From: the human T2T-CHM13v2.0 reference genome, Homo sapiens
DNA length: 64,000 nt
Assembly (NCBI RefSeq): GCF_009914755.1
Contig: NC_060925.1
Strand: one strand, 5' to 3'
A program made the position numbers and the translations under genes. Below the pieces are notes generated by a model, which did no database searches, was not told the origin of the DNA, and was given only the letters and a program-made list of their open reading frames with translations. Shown here piece by piece: positions 12,590 to 25,870 of the stretch; position 1 is the stretch's first letter; each line of letters opens with the position of its first letter.

Positions 12590-15500
12590 ATTTAAGTGCA
12601 TGGTCACCTTCCAAAGCTTTGGGAAAGCATCTAGGAAAATCTTACATGGTCATATATTTGTGTTAATTTGTGAAAATGAGACATATGTTTACAGTAATCT
12701 CTTCCTCTTTCCATTCTAACTTTTCTTCCATCATACTTCTCATTTGTTGTGTGGCTATTGGATTAGCTGAAGGCACTTTTAGGATCCAAGCAGGAAGAAT
12801 TTGAAAGGAACATGCACTTAATTTGGGTTGAGTGCCTTGCAGTTGTATCCATGTATAATCAAGTTATTGTGAGGTGTCCTTGTCTTCCAGGAATACTTCC
12901 ACCTCCCACGGTGCCAACATACTCCATATTGGTATAGGGCAAGAAGTTATGACACAATATGAAAGTGTTCCATACTATTCAGCTCTGGAAGTACTGCTAC
13001 AGAAGCAAGATTTTAAAAGTGGTGCAGGAAGCTATCTTTGAAAACTCCTTCTAGCTCTCAGATATGTGAAATTATTTCAGTGACAGAGCTCCCACAAATA
13101 TTTATTAATAATAGAATATTTATAAACTTTTTTTCATAAAATTTTTAAGCTCAATGCAAGTAAGTAGTATTTAAAAATGCAATTCTAATATAATGGCAGG
13201 GAAACGTCTTAACAGAAGCCAAAAGTATAAACTGAGATGAAGAAAAATGATAGAAATACTAACATTCCAAAATTCTTATGTTACAACACAAGCAAACTAT
13301 TCTAATATCAAAATTATGAACATAGAGAAAAGAATCATAATAGTGAAAATACAGATGACAAAATGACATCTCATTTAAAAGATTGTAAAAATCAGGAAAC
13401 TATCTCCCAAACAAGAAATCAAAAAGGAGAAGAAAACTTAATTTTTATGATTATAAAGGTCAGCAGTTATTTTATATCAACAAAGTTATTGAGTTCAATA
13501 AGTACTGTGATTTTTGATTATGGTCTTCTTCACTGGGAAATAATTTTGTTCAACACTGTTTAATAAAAAAAAATTTTGAAATTGTTTCCAATAATTTTTA
13601 CAGAAAATCACACATAACATAAAAATGATACTTGAGCAGACATTTTGAAAATAAAATGATCAAACTATTATGATACTCTGGCTTGGCTATTCCAAGACTA
13701 AAAGGATGTATCTATTGTTTTATTTAAGCTGTTTTTTAACAAGAAAGTCATTACTTACAACAGATGAGCTTCCAGACCAGATGTGTATAATGAGAACCAT
13801 TGAAAGTCATCAAGACTCCACAGAGCACAAGAAATCTATATTTGTACTTGGATTACAAGTAAATCAATTACAAATGCCTCTACACTAATGTCTTCAATAC
13901 CAGATAAGAAACAAAGAACATTCAGTGTTGTTTTGAAGAGCTTAACAAAATATAATGAGGATTAATAAATTTTTAAGTGAAAGACTTTTGTACTTCAGAG
14001 GTAACAGTGAAGATTGGCTTTCTTCAAATTTCCAAATTTGCTCAATTTTTACAACAACAGTTGGGAAAACATCAAAATTAAAAAGGAGTAAGTGTGACAT
14101 ACCTAAAACAGTTTAGGAATTCTAATAAAAGTAAAATGTCTACAAAATGAAGTGATAAACAGACAAACAAAAAGGACACCAAATATTAATCCCTTGTTCT
14201 ACCTTCTAAACTGGATACAAAACACTAATTAATTAGCAACTATTGTACTCTCCTGTTTTAACAAAAAAACCTGATGAGTATTTTTTTTTTCTGTTGAAAA
14301 CCACCTAATTATCTGTGACTTCAAATTCAAGAAAATGAAAGAAGTTCTGGAAAATGGTAACTTAGTGCTGAAAAACTTTAGCAATGCACTGTATGACAAT
14401 GCAGTTGTTACGAAAGGTGAAGACAAAGAAGTGCAAGTGCTCTAAAATTTTAATAAGTGACCAGAAGATGTGCCTTGCCAGCTCATTTCCTTAATCTTGT
14501 CAGAGAAAAAGCTGCTGTGACAGTAGCCAAAATTGTTGACTGCTTTAGTATTTTGCAACAGTTATGTTGTCTTTCAAGATTCATCGCATAGATAGTGTTT
14601 TAAACAATAGGACATTTTAAACACATATACAACTTAAATTTTCATTAAAAAATCTCAATGTAACAAGAGGATCTGCCTATTCCAGTGTTGCTTGAGGTTT
14701 GCATAATGGATATAATTATATTTTAAGGATCTAACATATTCTTTTTCCTAAAAGTTGGATATATAAAATGTTTATCTAAAACGTTGAAGCTTGAGTGTGC
14801 CATTTTAACTGTTCTTCTGAAGACATTTTGGAATGTTTCGATAAAACAAAGGAGAAATTACAACTCCTGATTTGGAAGTATATACAAAGTACCACATTTA
14901 ATCATCTTTAAGTTTCCATTAGGAATTGATAGAAAATTCTGAAAAAAAGGTAATAGATTGTGACATAAAAGTAGTAGGGTTGAAGGGATGACATTGCATT
15001 AACAAAAATTATTCAGACATTGCAAAGTAAATAGAAACATTTTTTTTCCAGGTAGTTCCAAAATGTCTTAAAAGGAAGAGATAAAGTTAAATTAAAAGTA
15101 CTGTATTGGGTAAGTTATTTGATTGTTTGATAATCCAATTATTAAAGAAGATTGAATTCTTTTAACACCCTGGGAAAAATGCTTGAGAGGAAATGCTGGT
15201 ATAAGAGACCAGAATGTGCCAGCCCCAATTATGCCTCTTTGGCATAAGGACTAATTTGAATTGATTATTTTGAGAAACAGCAGACACAGGAGAAGCTCTG
15301 AAAACAAGATTAGAAGTTATACTTTCGTAAATAAAACATAAATTTATAAACAAAATCTTCATTTGTAAGGGTATCTCCCTCCCTATATCAAGAAGAGAAG
15401 GATGACTCTAAATCACAGTGGAATCTTCTCAATGACGAGGACACTGACTTAACTCTGCAAAGCAAACCTTACCCTTGTCTACCACGCTTTTTCTGGTTGC

Positions 15501-16274
15501 CTCCTCATAACTGGCCTCTCCCCCACCTGTCTTTCTTTTATTTCAGCTGAAGATAGCAGTGTTTAAGCCTGAATTCTAAGCCACTTCTTTGAAATTTCCT
15601 CATTTTTTTGTGGGGGGAGGCATTTCCCATGTATATATTGGAATATATGTGCTAATAAACTTGTTTGCTTTCCTCTTTCCTCTTGTTAATTGTAATTATC
15701 TTTTGTTACTAGGGCCCCAGGCAATGAATAAAATGAGTAGAAGGAAAAATATTTTTTGTTCCCTACACTGGATTGGCATACATGAAGATAGCAGAGCACT
15801 CATAATACTCCACTACAGTGAGGACACCATTAATAGCAAAATGGGAATGATGCTGTTGATTCAAAGAAAACTGAAAGTCCCTTGAAATCCTACAGCTTGT
15901 CTAGAATAGAAACTAGATAGAACAGAAACTAGATAATTTCCAAATTTTACAATAATCTCTAAAATTTATATAACATAACTGACTTTATTAATAATTTAGA
16001 AAAGTTTCTTTATATGTGAAAGTGAAAAACATTTTTTAACATAAAAACAATGCTGTATTTTAGGCAGGTAATTAATTATTTATGTTAATTTCATAAGCTT
16101 TGTAGCATTTGCCAGGCTTAAAAATTTTAATTTATTTTGATTTATTTTTCTAAATACATATTAACCTTCATGCTTAATAATGTATCTGTAATTTTGTACT
16201 ACTTATCTTGAAGAGAGCCCCTCAAATTGCATGAGGCCCACGCCTAGAACCCAGCAAAACTCTCTCTGCCTATT
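12590..16274 (+). mobile_element. Zaphod-like hAT-Tip100 DNA transposon, near full length, with decayed transposase
   Basis: Subterminal regions match recalled Zaphod/MER115. Translated remnants: MAGKRLNRSQK (13193), WLGYSKTK..H..S.EH (13679-), KFLSERLLYFRG (about 13967), YDNA (14392), C-x-AHFLNL (14476-), LKNLNVTR (14645), FPNFTIISKIY (15937). Stops and frameshifts throughout. Confidence 0.85.
15200..15767 (+). mobile_element. MER34-family ERV1 solo LTR
   Basis: tataagagaccagaatgtgccagccccaattatgcctctttggcataagg ... ttccctaca; AATAAA near 15654; 4-bp TSD CTGG at 15196-15199 and 15768-15771. Confidence 0.85.
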
Positions 16275-16439
16275 CTTATATGATGAGACTATCAAAGGAA
16301 TGGGAAAGCAGAAAAGTGGCCTGTTTTACATAGACCTCTTTGCTGGTGCTGAAAAACAGGGAAGGTGTCCTCTTTTTTAGTACCACTTTCAGGGTACTAA
16401 ATTCATATATTCTTTGTGAGGGCTTTCAACAATTCTCTA

Positions 16440-16592
16440 TGCTAAGAACTCAGCTTTTGGAATTAGACTGCCTGGGTTTGTGGCTCTACCACTTAATGGC
16501 TACGCAATCTTGAAAAACTCTAAGTTTTGTCTTTTCTCCAAATGAAGATGGAAATATAACTATCTCATTCAGTTGTTGTGAGGGTTAAATAC
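16440..16592 (+). mobile_element. MIR SINE
   Basis: tggaattagactgcctgggtttgtggctctaccactta...gttgttgtgagggttaaat. Confidence 0.75.
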
Positions 16593-18814
16593 ACTGAGGA
16601 GCTGAATATATATTTATTCAATGAGGGAAAGACAATAATTACAAACACCAGGGTCATGATATAGTGAAAATTCAGGAAGGCTGAATAGGAGAGAGATTTA
16701 GGAAGGAGGGATCTGTGCCAAAGAAAATGTCACAATACGAGGCAATGAGATAAAGAAGGGGGAAGAATTGTCCTCAAATGGAAGCCCATGTTTATGAGAT
16801 TCCTTATTTCAAACTATGCCTAAGGACATTGACCACTAAGTAGTAGACTCTGACAAAACCTCAAAGACTGGGAGACAGTGGTTAGTTCAGGGTGGTTGTG
16901 AATATTGTAATTTACAAATTTTCTAAATCTGTTGATTCTTGAGTTCTACACAACATAGCTGCAGTCTCCATACCAATTTTCTCCTTTGGTTGCCAAATGA
17001 CTACATTGTGATAAACCTCCTTCACTCTCAGAGAAAAGGCAGCCCTTCCTTCACATTCCCTCAGGTGCGGGAGAGAACACTGGCCATCAGCCAGCAGTCT
17101 GGAGTCTTCCCTGGGCTGAGGGATACCTTACACATACTATTGTGCAACTATTTCCGGGGGATACAATTGATCCAAAACACCAGGGGAGCATATTAAGGAG
17201 GACACATGACTGGTCCCTTTCCTGTCCAAAGCCCACATCATGGTTTTTTTTTTGCAGCCCTTTTGCTAGGAGAGCAGCCCTTCACAAGGAATAGCCTGTC
17301 ATCAAGTCATTCCCACCAATAATAATAACAAAAATGACATCCAATGTGATTGAACTATGATTATGTGCCAGTCCCAGGTTTAACTGTTTTAGATGCACAT
17401 ATTGTTCTCTCCTTCTCTCAGGCACCCTCCTTTGGCTTATAGTGAAAAAGTGGAAGATTATATTTGACATCTTCCTGAATTGTTCACTTGTAAGTTCTCA
17501 GCAGTGTGCGCTCCTCCCTAAAGCCTCTATTGCTCATGAGCCACCAGAACTACTTTTGTTGTCATTAAACTTTTTAAACACTTAGTATGTGCAAGGTACT
17601 GTTCTAGGAGCTCGAGACACATTGATATACAAAACAAAATATGGCAAATGAAATTTTGATTAGGTGCACATTTGGTAGATGCTTTCAAAGTATTATTTTT
17701 AAATCTAATTCTCTGTCAAATTCATAACTTCCCACATTCACATTAATACTAGTTGGTATTAAATTATGCATTTATGTTAATTTTCATATTCCCTTTTACT
17801 TGAAACAGTTCTAATCTGATAAATATAGTTATAATTAACAGTAACTTCTGTGTATAAGAAATTAGTTTTCAGGTATGGATAAGCTTTAAGTTTTTCTTCC
17901 ATTTCATAACCATGTCACACAGACATTCCAGATGGAACCACTAAAAACTTGCTCTACTTAGGAGTCAACTAATGTGACTTGGAAGAAGGCAATGATTCTG
18001 GATATTCCATTTTGTAAACTGCTCTATTCCTTATAACTGACCATTACTTTCAGGTTTGTGGACTATCAGCCTGCAGGCCAAACTTTAAAAAAGAAATTGC
18101 TGGTTGATACATTCTTCCAGCCCATACCAGAGAAATGTGGAAAATTGCAATTTGCTTAATCAGGTTGGAAAAATATATACAAGCAGAAATAGCATGGTTA
18201 GAATTGATTGTAAACTTTTATTGCTGTTAAAACTAGTTTTCTTCAGATTTTTAGAAAGCAGGGCACATATCTGAGAGAAGGAAAAAATGAAGACTGCCAT
18301 GGAGTTAACACGATGAACCTAATTTTCCAACCCAGATAATCGTGCTAAATTCCTTGTAACATAGCTATACTTGGGTGTAAGAAGAAATTAGGATTATATA
18401 TGAAAAGTTAAAACTTCGGCAGATTCTTGGAATCCACATGGGAGGCTGGCTGCAAAGTTATTGATCAGTGGAAATATGTACACATACCTTGAATTCAGCA
18501 AATAATTTGATAAAGTGGGTCCATATTGTCACTAAGCTGGAGAAATGTGAGTAGAGTGAGGTGTGAGTTAAGTGAACCTGCCTAACCATAGTCTGATAGT
18601 CTATTTGACTTATAGATGATGAGTAAATAAATGTTTTCAACTACATTGAAATGAATTGGTCTGTGTTAATCCATATGAAGTGCCGTAGTAATGCACATGG
18701 CATCGTTGTATACCCTATTTTATTTAGTATGCTGATTGAAGGTCTGTGAAGATTTCTAGGACCAGCTTGTCAAGCCACATGCCTTCAGTCAAGTTGTTTT
18801 ACCAAGTGTTCGCT

Positions 18815-19240
18815 AATAGTTAAATATAATAAGACTCTTGCAACCCTATCCTATTTGCTGCCTCTGTGGCATTGAATCCTGACTGACCTATTTTTAGAAA
18901 ATCCATCTTCCTTTGGATTCCAAGATACTATTTTTGCAGTTTTCCACTTCGCACTGTGAGTATTCCCTCTCATTCACCTCTAATTTTACTCCTATTTACC
19001 CCTTAAATCTTCATCTTCCATCTTCTTCACAGTTTTACTACTCTGAGTGATTTTATTCATGCTCATGGCTTTGTATATGGTTATAATATGAAACCCTAAA
19101 GCTGTATCTTGAAAAAGTGGCCTAGACCACTTTTCTGGGCCACGAGAACCATATGTCCCATCCCACTCTTGGCATATAGACTCCTCTTTTAATGTAATTA
19201 GTATTCTGAACTTATTCAACGTGAGTTATCTTAACTTCAT
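18815..19240 (+). mobile_element. L2 LINE internal (RT-region) fragment
   Basis: cctctgtggcattg...ctttggattccaagatacta...gtgattttattcatgctcatggcttt. Confidence 0.55.
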
Positions 19241-19361
19241 TTTCCCAATCTTGAAGTTTCTGATAATTAAAAAATATATTGGCAATGGACACAGACTTGT
19301 TTGATGTTTTTATAATCATCACACACTAGTTATACAACCCAAAGCAAATTATTTAACCTAC

Positions 19362-19677
19362 TTTTATTAGTTTTCTACTGCTGCATAACAGATTACCACA
19401 AGCAAGCGTGCCTTGCTCACCCTTCACTTTCTGCCATGATTGTAAATTTCCTGAGGCCTTCCCAGAAGCCAAGCAAAAGCCATTACGCTTCCTGTATAGC
19501 CTGTGGAACTGTGAGCCAATTAAACCTCTTTTCTTTATAAATTACCCAGTCTCAGGTATTCCTTTCTAGCAATGGAAGAACAGACTAATACAGCTGTATT
19601 GAAGGTTTCAGCCAGGAATGAGTTTTCATCAGCTTCCCACCTGGGGAAAGATCTACTTCCAGGTTCCCTCAAGTTGT
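19362..19677 (-). mobile_element. MLT1 (MLT1D-like) LTR fragments flanking a partial MSTB
   Basis: tattagttttctactgctgcataacagattaccacaa ... ggggaaagatctacttccaggttccctc. Confidence 0.6.
19408..19592 (+). mobile_element. MSTB LTR, 3' half only
   Basis: ctgccatgattgtaaatttcctgaggccttcccagaagccaagca ... gaacagactaataca. Confidence 0.85.
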
Positions 19678-19799
19678 AATAAAATATTGCATAACTTGTT
19701 TGCATTTATTTATACAATGAGATTAGATACAAGACTCAGGTAATTATAAACAGGTACTTTGCCTGCATGCATATTTGGTGTGATATTCAGAAGTCCTGG

Positions 19800-19945
19800 C
19801 ATGCGGGCCAATTCTGTATTATACAAGATTGTTCCAGGCATCTTTTGTCTCCCCACACATTAAATATCATTAGTGTCTTCTATTCATTATGATAACTAGA
19901 AATGTTTCCAGAAATTTTAAGAACACCCCTTGTAATATTGCCCTC
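19800..19945 (-). mobile_element. MER20-like hAT-Charlie fragment
   Basis: tgataactagaaatgtttccagaaatt...cacccct resembles MER20 reverse strand. Confidence 0.4.
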
Positions 19946-20030
19946 TTAATAGTCCCCACATGAGGGGTTTAAAATATCATTCCTACCAAATATGAATTTT
20001 GTGCAGAAATTGATAGAAACATTGAACTAT

Positions 20031-20165
20031 TCATCCACTTATTCATTCAATATATTATTATTGAGTACTTCCATGTGGAAGACACTGTTCTAGGTGTTGC
20101 CTTATTCACAGTCATGAACACAGAGGTGAAAAAGACAGCATCGAATTTTCTCTCATGGAGTTAAT
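20031..20165 (-). mobile_element. L2 3' tail
   Basis: ttattcattcaatatattattattgagtacttccatgtggaagacactgttctaggtg. Confidence 0.7.
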
Positions 20166-20421
20166 ATAAAAGAAGAGATCTCGAGAGTGGATATTGATCA
20201 GTTACTACTCTTCTTTGCTTCAAAAACAAACCTGTTTAAAACTGTAGAACTTAGTTACCTGAACTGTCTTATTCTTTAACTCCCATTACCTAAACCATTT
20301 TTTTTTACTCCTCATTCAAAGTTCAGTTGATCAGGCAATATTCTATGGAAAATAAGCATGTCTACTATGCAATATATTTCTCAAAAATATTGTCACAAAC
20401 TTCCTTTTTAAGATTCCAATC

Positions 20422-20530
20422 CTTTCTTTTTTTTAATTGACAAATAATAATTGTACGTATTCATGGAATACATAGTGAGGTTTTGAAATATATAATGTAT
20501 GGTGATCAGGCCAGGGTAATTTGTATTTCC
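20422..20530 (-). mobile_element. L1MA-type extreme 3' end (about 100 bp)
   Basis: ttttaattgacaaataataattgtacgtattcatgg...ggtgatcaggccagggtaatt; possible TSD TTCCAATC at 20414 and 20527. Confidence 0.7.
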
Positions 20531-22659
20531 AATCAAGCTAGATTACTGACTATTCCATGAACCATTCTTAAACTTTTCCACCTCTATGCCTTTTACACTG
20601 CCATCATGATCTAGAGAGCTCCTTCTCAGTCTCTCACATTTTTATTTAAATTCTATCCCTCTTTTAAAACTCTTCCATAAAGATATTTTGATTTATCAAA
20701 ACAGAGGTGATGTTTGATGCATTCTACTTTTAAGGAGATTAAATGAAGTAATGCCTAGTGCTTTACAGAAAATAAGTAATGAATTAATGTTAGTTACTAT
20801 TATTATTACTAATGATACTAAGTTAGAAATGGTTTCTGTTTTTGTAAAGTTTGCAACCTAGAGAAGAAGATGTTCGTGTGTAACAAGCCAACTCTAGCAA
20901 TGATAAATGTTCGAACGGGATTTTTGTGATATGGGAATATGTAGATGTGTTCAGAAAATATTTGCTGAACTATTATGGTTACTTGAATGTTCTTAAAGAG
21001 CATTACCTAGAAAAAAGCACAGGATAAGAACAGAGGGTGGAATCTATGCCAATTCTTCTGAATAGATTTAACATTTTGTTACCTTTAGAGGTAAAGATCT
21101 ATTACCTAAGGCAGAGTAATTCAGTGTAGGCAATGGCAGTTAGATATCTGTTGACTTTATCATCTGCTCCATCACAGCTACTGAGTGTACAACATACACT
21201 GATGTAAATCATGTTTATGTTTTTATTACTTTTTCCACTCCTCTCTAGTACTGGCATCAAAAAGGGATTTACAAGGTTTAGCCCTCCCATAGTCTCCCTA
21301 AGGCCTCTCCAAAACTGCCTCAAATTAAATTCAATCTAAGTGAAGGCATGTCCTGCTATTCAATTGCGGTTCCCAGACCAGTCCTCCAGCCTCACCCTTC
21401 CAACCTATTTGCTGCCCTAATTCTCTCTTATGCAGACATTTTGGGGTTGCCACCTACCTCTTTACTCCTCCCTCTCTGCCCATGCCCTATAATCACTCTC
21501 CCGATTTCTACAGATTATATGCATATCCTTATGGAATGTTTCATATATTTGCATATCTTCTGCCCCCATCAACTTTAGTAATTACAGTTTTATGCTTAGG
21601 AGATGCATTTCTTCCTATTAGAGAATCTTCAGAGCACAGTTGTGGAGATAACACTGACCTCTTGAATTTTATGATTAAAACCGTAATGTTTTCATGTTGA
21701 TAAATTACAGATATAGCAAGGCATTTTCCTTTCCCATCAGGATTTCTGTTTGGGCATAGTAAAACTGCAAAACAGGAAGAAACAGTCAGCATAATAATTT
21801 TTTCTTGTTGGTTGATTTTCCACATCAGGGATATGCACTAGCAGGAATTGAAATAAAAACATTAACTTTATTTTAAAATAAGGGAATAGATAAAGCAAGA
21901 TCTTAGTGTTATGTAAAAAAATGCATTAATGCCAGGGATGGTTCTATTGTGTCATCTCTAAGTATTTATAGTTTGTTGATTTTGTTGACACACAAGTTCA
22001 AAGATTATATAATGCCTAAGTTTGATGAGACATTAATGATGGTCACCCTTCTGGCAATACTATCATTGAACTTGTTAAGAGTAGCAAAGGATTTGTCATT
22101 AAATCTCTCAGAAGGTACAAAGGACCCCTGATAGGAAAACAGGGAGAGGAGGGGCTGTGTCTGGGAGAATGGGTAATGATTACAATTGACTAAAATTTGG
22201 AAGAAACAAGAACAACCACAACACTTTGCTCCTTCAGATTACCAAGCAATAGATTTCTTGTAACATTTTCAGAGAATCTCTCTGGCCCAGAATTTTAAGA
22301 AAAAGCTTAAAAAGAAAGTTCCACAAAAATGAATGTGTGCTGCTAGAACAAGAGATTTTGGGGTGGTAGTCATTATAATAAATAATTATAATAATAACAA
22401 TTACAATAGTATATGGGGCAGACAACATACACATACGGCAATATAAAAACAGACTATCAGAGAAGGTAAATGGCTAATGATGGTAGCTAAGAATTATTTA
22501 GCACCTAGTGAATGCTTTTATGTTCACTGCTTATCCATACAACAAACTAAAAAGATAATAAACAATCAGCAGAGGCAAAGTTTAAAACAAAAGCAGTCTG
22601 GCTCTGGCCCATGCTCTTCCTCACTATGTATCGCTGCCTCTCCTGCATATTGTATTGTA

Positions 22660-22830
22660 GTTGTCTGTGGATCTTTCTTATGTATCTATATCTTTCATCA
22701 GTTTACAAGCTTCATAAAAGCAGGTACTCAGTCTGTCTAGTTTATCACTGAGTCCCTAATACATAGCCCAGTGCTAGACAGAACCTAGCTCAGTGCTAGA
22801 TGGGTATCCAGAAAATACTTATGGAATGCC
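22660..22830 (+). mobile_element. L2 3' tail
   Basis: caagcttcataaaagcagg...atcactgagtccctaatacatagcccagtgctagaca...aaatacttatggaatg. Confidence 0.65.
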
Positions 22831-23688
22831 CAGTGTCAATCAGCAAAACTAAATCAAATTAGGCATTTTGGGATTTAAAGACTGAAGGAGGAAAAGGACA
22901 TAATGTCCTTGTTCATTCTTTCCTTTGAAAAACTTATTTCCTTCATGTTTTGCTATTGTATACTAATAGTAAGAAGTAAAATCAATTGAAGAATGCAAAG
23001 TCAACAAAAGCATTGCCAATGGCAAGCAGAAGGCAGTGGACTCAGATGAGAAAAAAGAGAGAAAAGTTTTCTCAAAAGCTTTTACTATATGACTATTAGC
23101 TTCTTAAAAGGTTCAGGGATATGTCTATGTATGGTAGAAGTTAAATTTGAAAAGAAGCTTCCCGAATTCTGAATATTTGTTCCATTTCAATTACAATGTT
23201 GTTTGTAAGAATAAGAGTAAATAAACTGTATTGAAACATGAAGTGCAAATTCCTCTTGGACTTTAGTCTCCCATATTCTTCTCTAAAAGAAAAAGTTGTA
23301 CAAACTGGATTAGAACAATCAACCCTAATTATTTATGTGCAGGATTTGTTTCTAGGACACCCCTGTGAGGGATCCAGAAACAGCACATCTCACCCAAACA
23401 TTTTAAAATTGTACCAATCTACAGGTATGAATGGGGTCAGTTCATATTAATACTTCAGCTTTCCTATTCTAATCCCATGTAGGAATTTTAATACCTTTAA
23501 AGATTTCACTGTCCCACAAATGTTTTTGAAAATAATGAAGAGTTTCTTACAAATTTTATAAATTAATGGAGGTTGCTACTATGTCATTTCATTTGCGTTT
23601 CTGATGCAGTTCCTCAGCCTCTTCAGTTTCTAAATGCTCTTAAACTTCATAGTGCTATAAAATTTGGCAGTAGTCTGTGAGGGCAAAA

Positions 23689-23993
23689 GATATACATATA
23701 TAATTCATATATATGTATATTATATATAATATATATAATATATATTATATACATATGTAAATATATATGTGTATATATAATATATAATATACATATAAAT
23801 ATATGTGTATATATAATATATAATATACATATAAATATATGTGTATATATAATATATAATATACATATAAATATATGTGTATATATAATATATACATATA
23901 AATATATGTTTATATATTTATATATTATATATATTTTATTGGTATATATATTATATATAAATATATATATATATATATTATATATATATATAA
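23689..23993. repeat. (TA)n-derived minisatellite with a 36-bp unit
   Basis: GTGT marker recurs at 23769, 23805, 23841 and 23877; unit atatatgtgtatatataatatataatatacatataa. Confidence 0.95.
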
Positions 23994-24619
23994 TGTTTAG
24001 TTGTATGGTTTGGGGTTGTTTGGGCCCTAAAATATTAAGCCATTTAGGAAGGGGTCACTTTCTGTTTATACCTATGATGTTTTGTCTCTTTGGGGTATAC
24101 ATTGTCACTAGGGTAGCCACACTGGGATGAGATTTCATGCTGGCCTCTGGGTAGCACAGATATTTGCCACCTCACTATATCTTTGCTGTCATGCAACCCT
24201 CAAATCCTGTTGTAAAATTGCCATTCTAGATTCCTTCTTTGCTTGGTATGAATTCTTTTTCAGGGGCTTTGCCATCTTTTTGTGCCATCTGGCAAATTTA
24301 CTTTTTCCTTCTCCCAATCTAGTCCAAAAAATATGTATGAAAATCTGAGTTCCTCTCACCATATTGCAAGTCACCTCCCATGTAAATCAGTGAATACAAA
24401 TAATGTACAGAATGCCATGTAACTCTATGTGACAGACATAGCTGACTCTAAGTCTTGGCTCAAATGTGACCTCATCATGTAAGACACTATAATCAATTTT
24501 GTTACTAAGTCCTAAGATATGTCTATCAATACTCAAGACTTTCCTGGAGATTATAAATCTTCATTTACACAATGGAATTCTCCTTCTCTTTGAATGTGGG
24601 GAGAAGTATTTGGAGACTA

Positions 24620-24685
24620 TAATTGGTCAGGGCTTTCCAGAGAAATAGAATGAGTAGGATATATGTATAGATATATAGATATATG
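24620..24685 (-). mobile_element. MLT2 (ERVL) LTR terminal fragment
   Basis: ttggtcagggctttccagagaaatagaatgagtaggatatatgtatagatata. Confidence 0.65.
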
Positions 24686-25296
24686 AATACCTTGATAATA
24701 TGGTGGGTTTCATTCAGACCACCACAATAAAATGAATATTGCAATAAAGTGAGTCATTATATGCATTTTTTATTGCCAGTGCATATGAAAAGTATGTTTA
24801 TACCGTACTGTAGCATTTAAGTGTGCAATAGCATTATTTCTAAAAGAAAATGTACATCCCTTAATAAAAATTTTTATTGCTAAAAATGCTAATGATCATC
24901 TGAACCTTTAGCGAGTCATCGTCTTTTTAGCTGGTGGAGGGTCTTGCCTTGATGCTGATAACTGCTGATTGATCAGGGTGGTGGTTGCTGAAGGTTGGGG
25001 TAGCTGTGGCAATTTTTAAAAATAGGCAACAGTGAAGTTTGCCTCACTGATTAACTCCTTTACAAAAGATTTCTCTGTAGCATGTAATGCTGCTTGATAA
25101 CATTTTCACAGTAGATGTTTCAGAATGGAAATCAATCCTCTCAAACTATGCCACCACTTTATCAACTAAGTTTATGTAATATTTAAGTCTTTTGTTGTTT
25201 TTCCAACAATGTTCACAGCATCTTCATCGGGAGAAGATTCCATCTCAAAAGGACAGTTTCTTTACTCATCCATAAAAAGCAACTTCTTATCCATTC
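24686..25296 (-). mobile_element. Tigger1 (TcMar) 3' portion
   Basis: cagaccaccacaataaaatgaatattgcaataaagtgagtca ... ctggtggagggtcttgcc ... ctcatccataaaaagcaact; minus strand is the decayed transposase C-terminus (KKLPQ-PQPSATTTLI). Confidence 0.92.
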
Positions 25297-25410
25297 TTCT
25301 AAATCTAGAGAGAATAAAATTAGAAGCATATACTTATATTTTTCTTTCTCAAACTAATTGCTTGACATTTACCCTAAAAATCAATAAGTGCTGCCTTTCT
25401 CCGAAAGGTG

Positions 25411-25870
25411 TTGTATTATTTAGGTCAAAATTAGGCTACAAATGACAGAAAATTCTAACTAGTTGCTAAACAAGGTATGCACATATTTATTTCTTACATA
25501 AATATAGGTGACACTGGGTTGGTATGGTGTGGTGCATTTGGATGACCAAAGACTTCTTTTTTCATGGTGCTCCATCATTTGTTGTCTTGATCACATGTAT
25601 AAGAAGATAACATTCATATTTCAAGCAGTGGTTTGGAAGAAAGGATAAGCATGCTGTCTCTTAAGGAAGGTTCCTGAAAGCTTTCCCCTCTTTCTTTGCA
25701 TCTCATCGGCCAGAACTTGATGACTACACTTAATTACAGAGGAGTTGTATGTAGAAATGTAGTCTACAAAATGTAAAATGTGGATTTATCCTGATCAGCA
25801 GTGAGCAAAGCTAAATACCAGAGGTTCTATTACTATAGAAAAAGAGAGTGAATATTGGAGAGCAGCAACC
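25411..25870 (-). mobile_element. MLT1J-like MaLR LTR
   Basis: catctcatcggccagaacttg...gaggttctattactatagaaaaagagagtgaatattgg. Confidence 0.65.

Noticed and set aside
13193-15980. Domesticated transposase gene
   Set aside because: Multiple stops, frameshifts, deletions and an LTR insertion; consistent with neutral decay
23760-23910. 36-bp periodicity resembling a CRISPR array
   Set aside because: Contiguous units with no unique spacers, eukaryotic context, no cas genes
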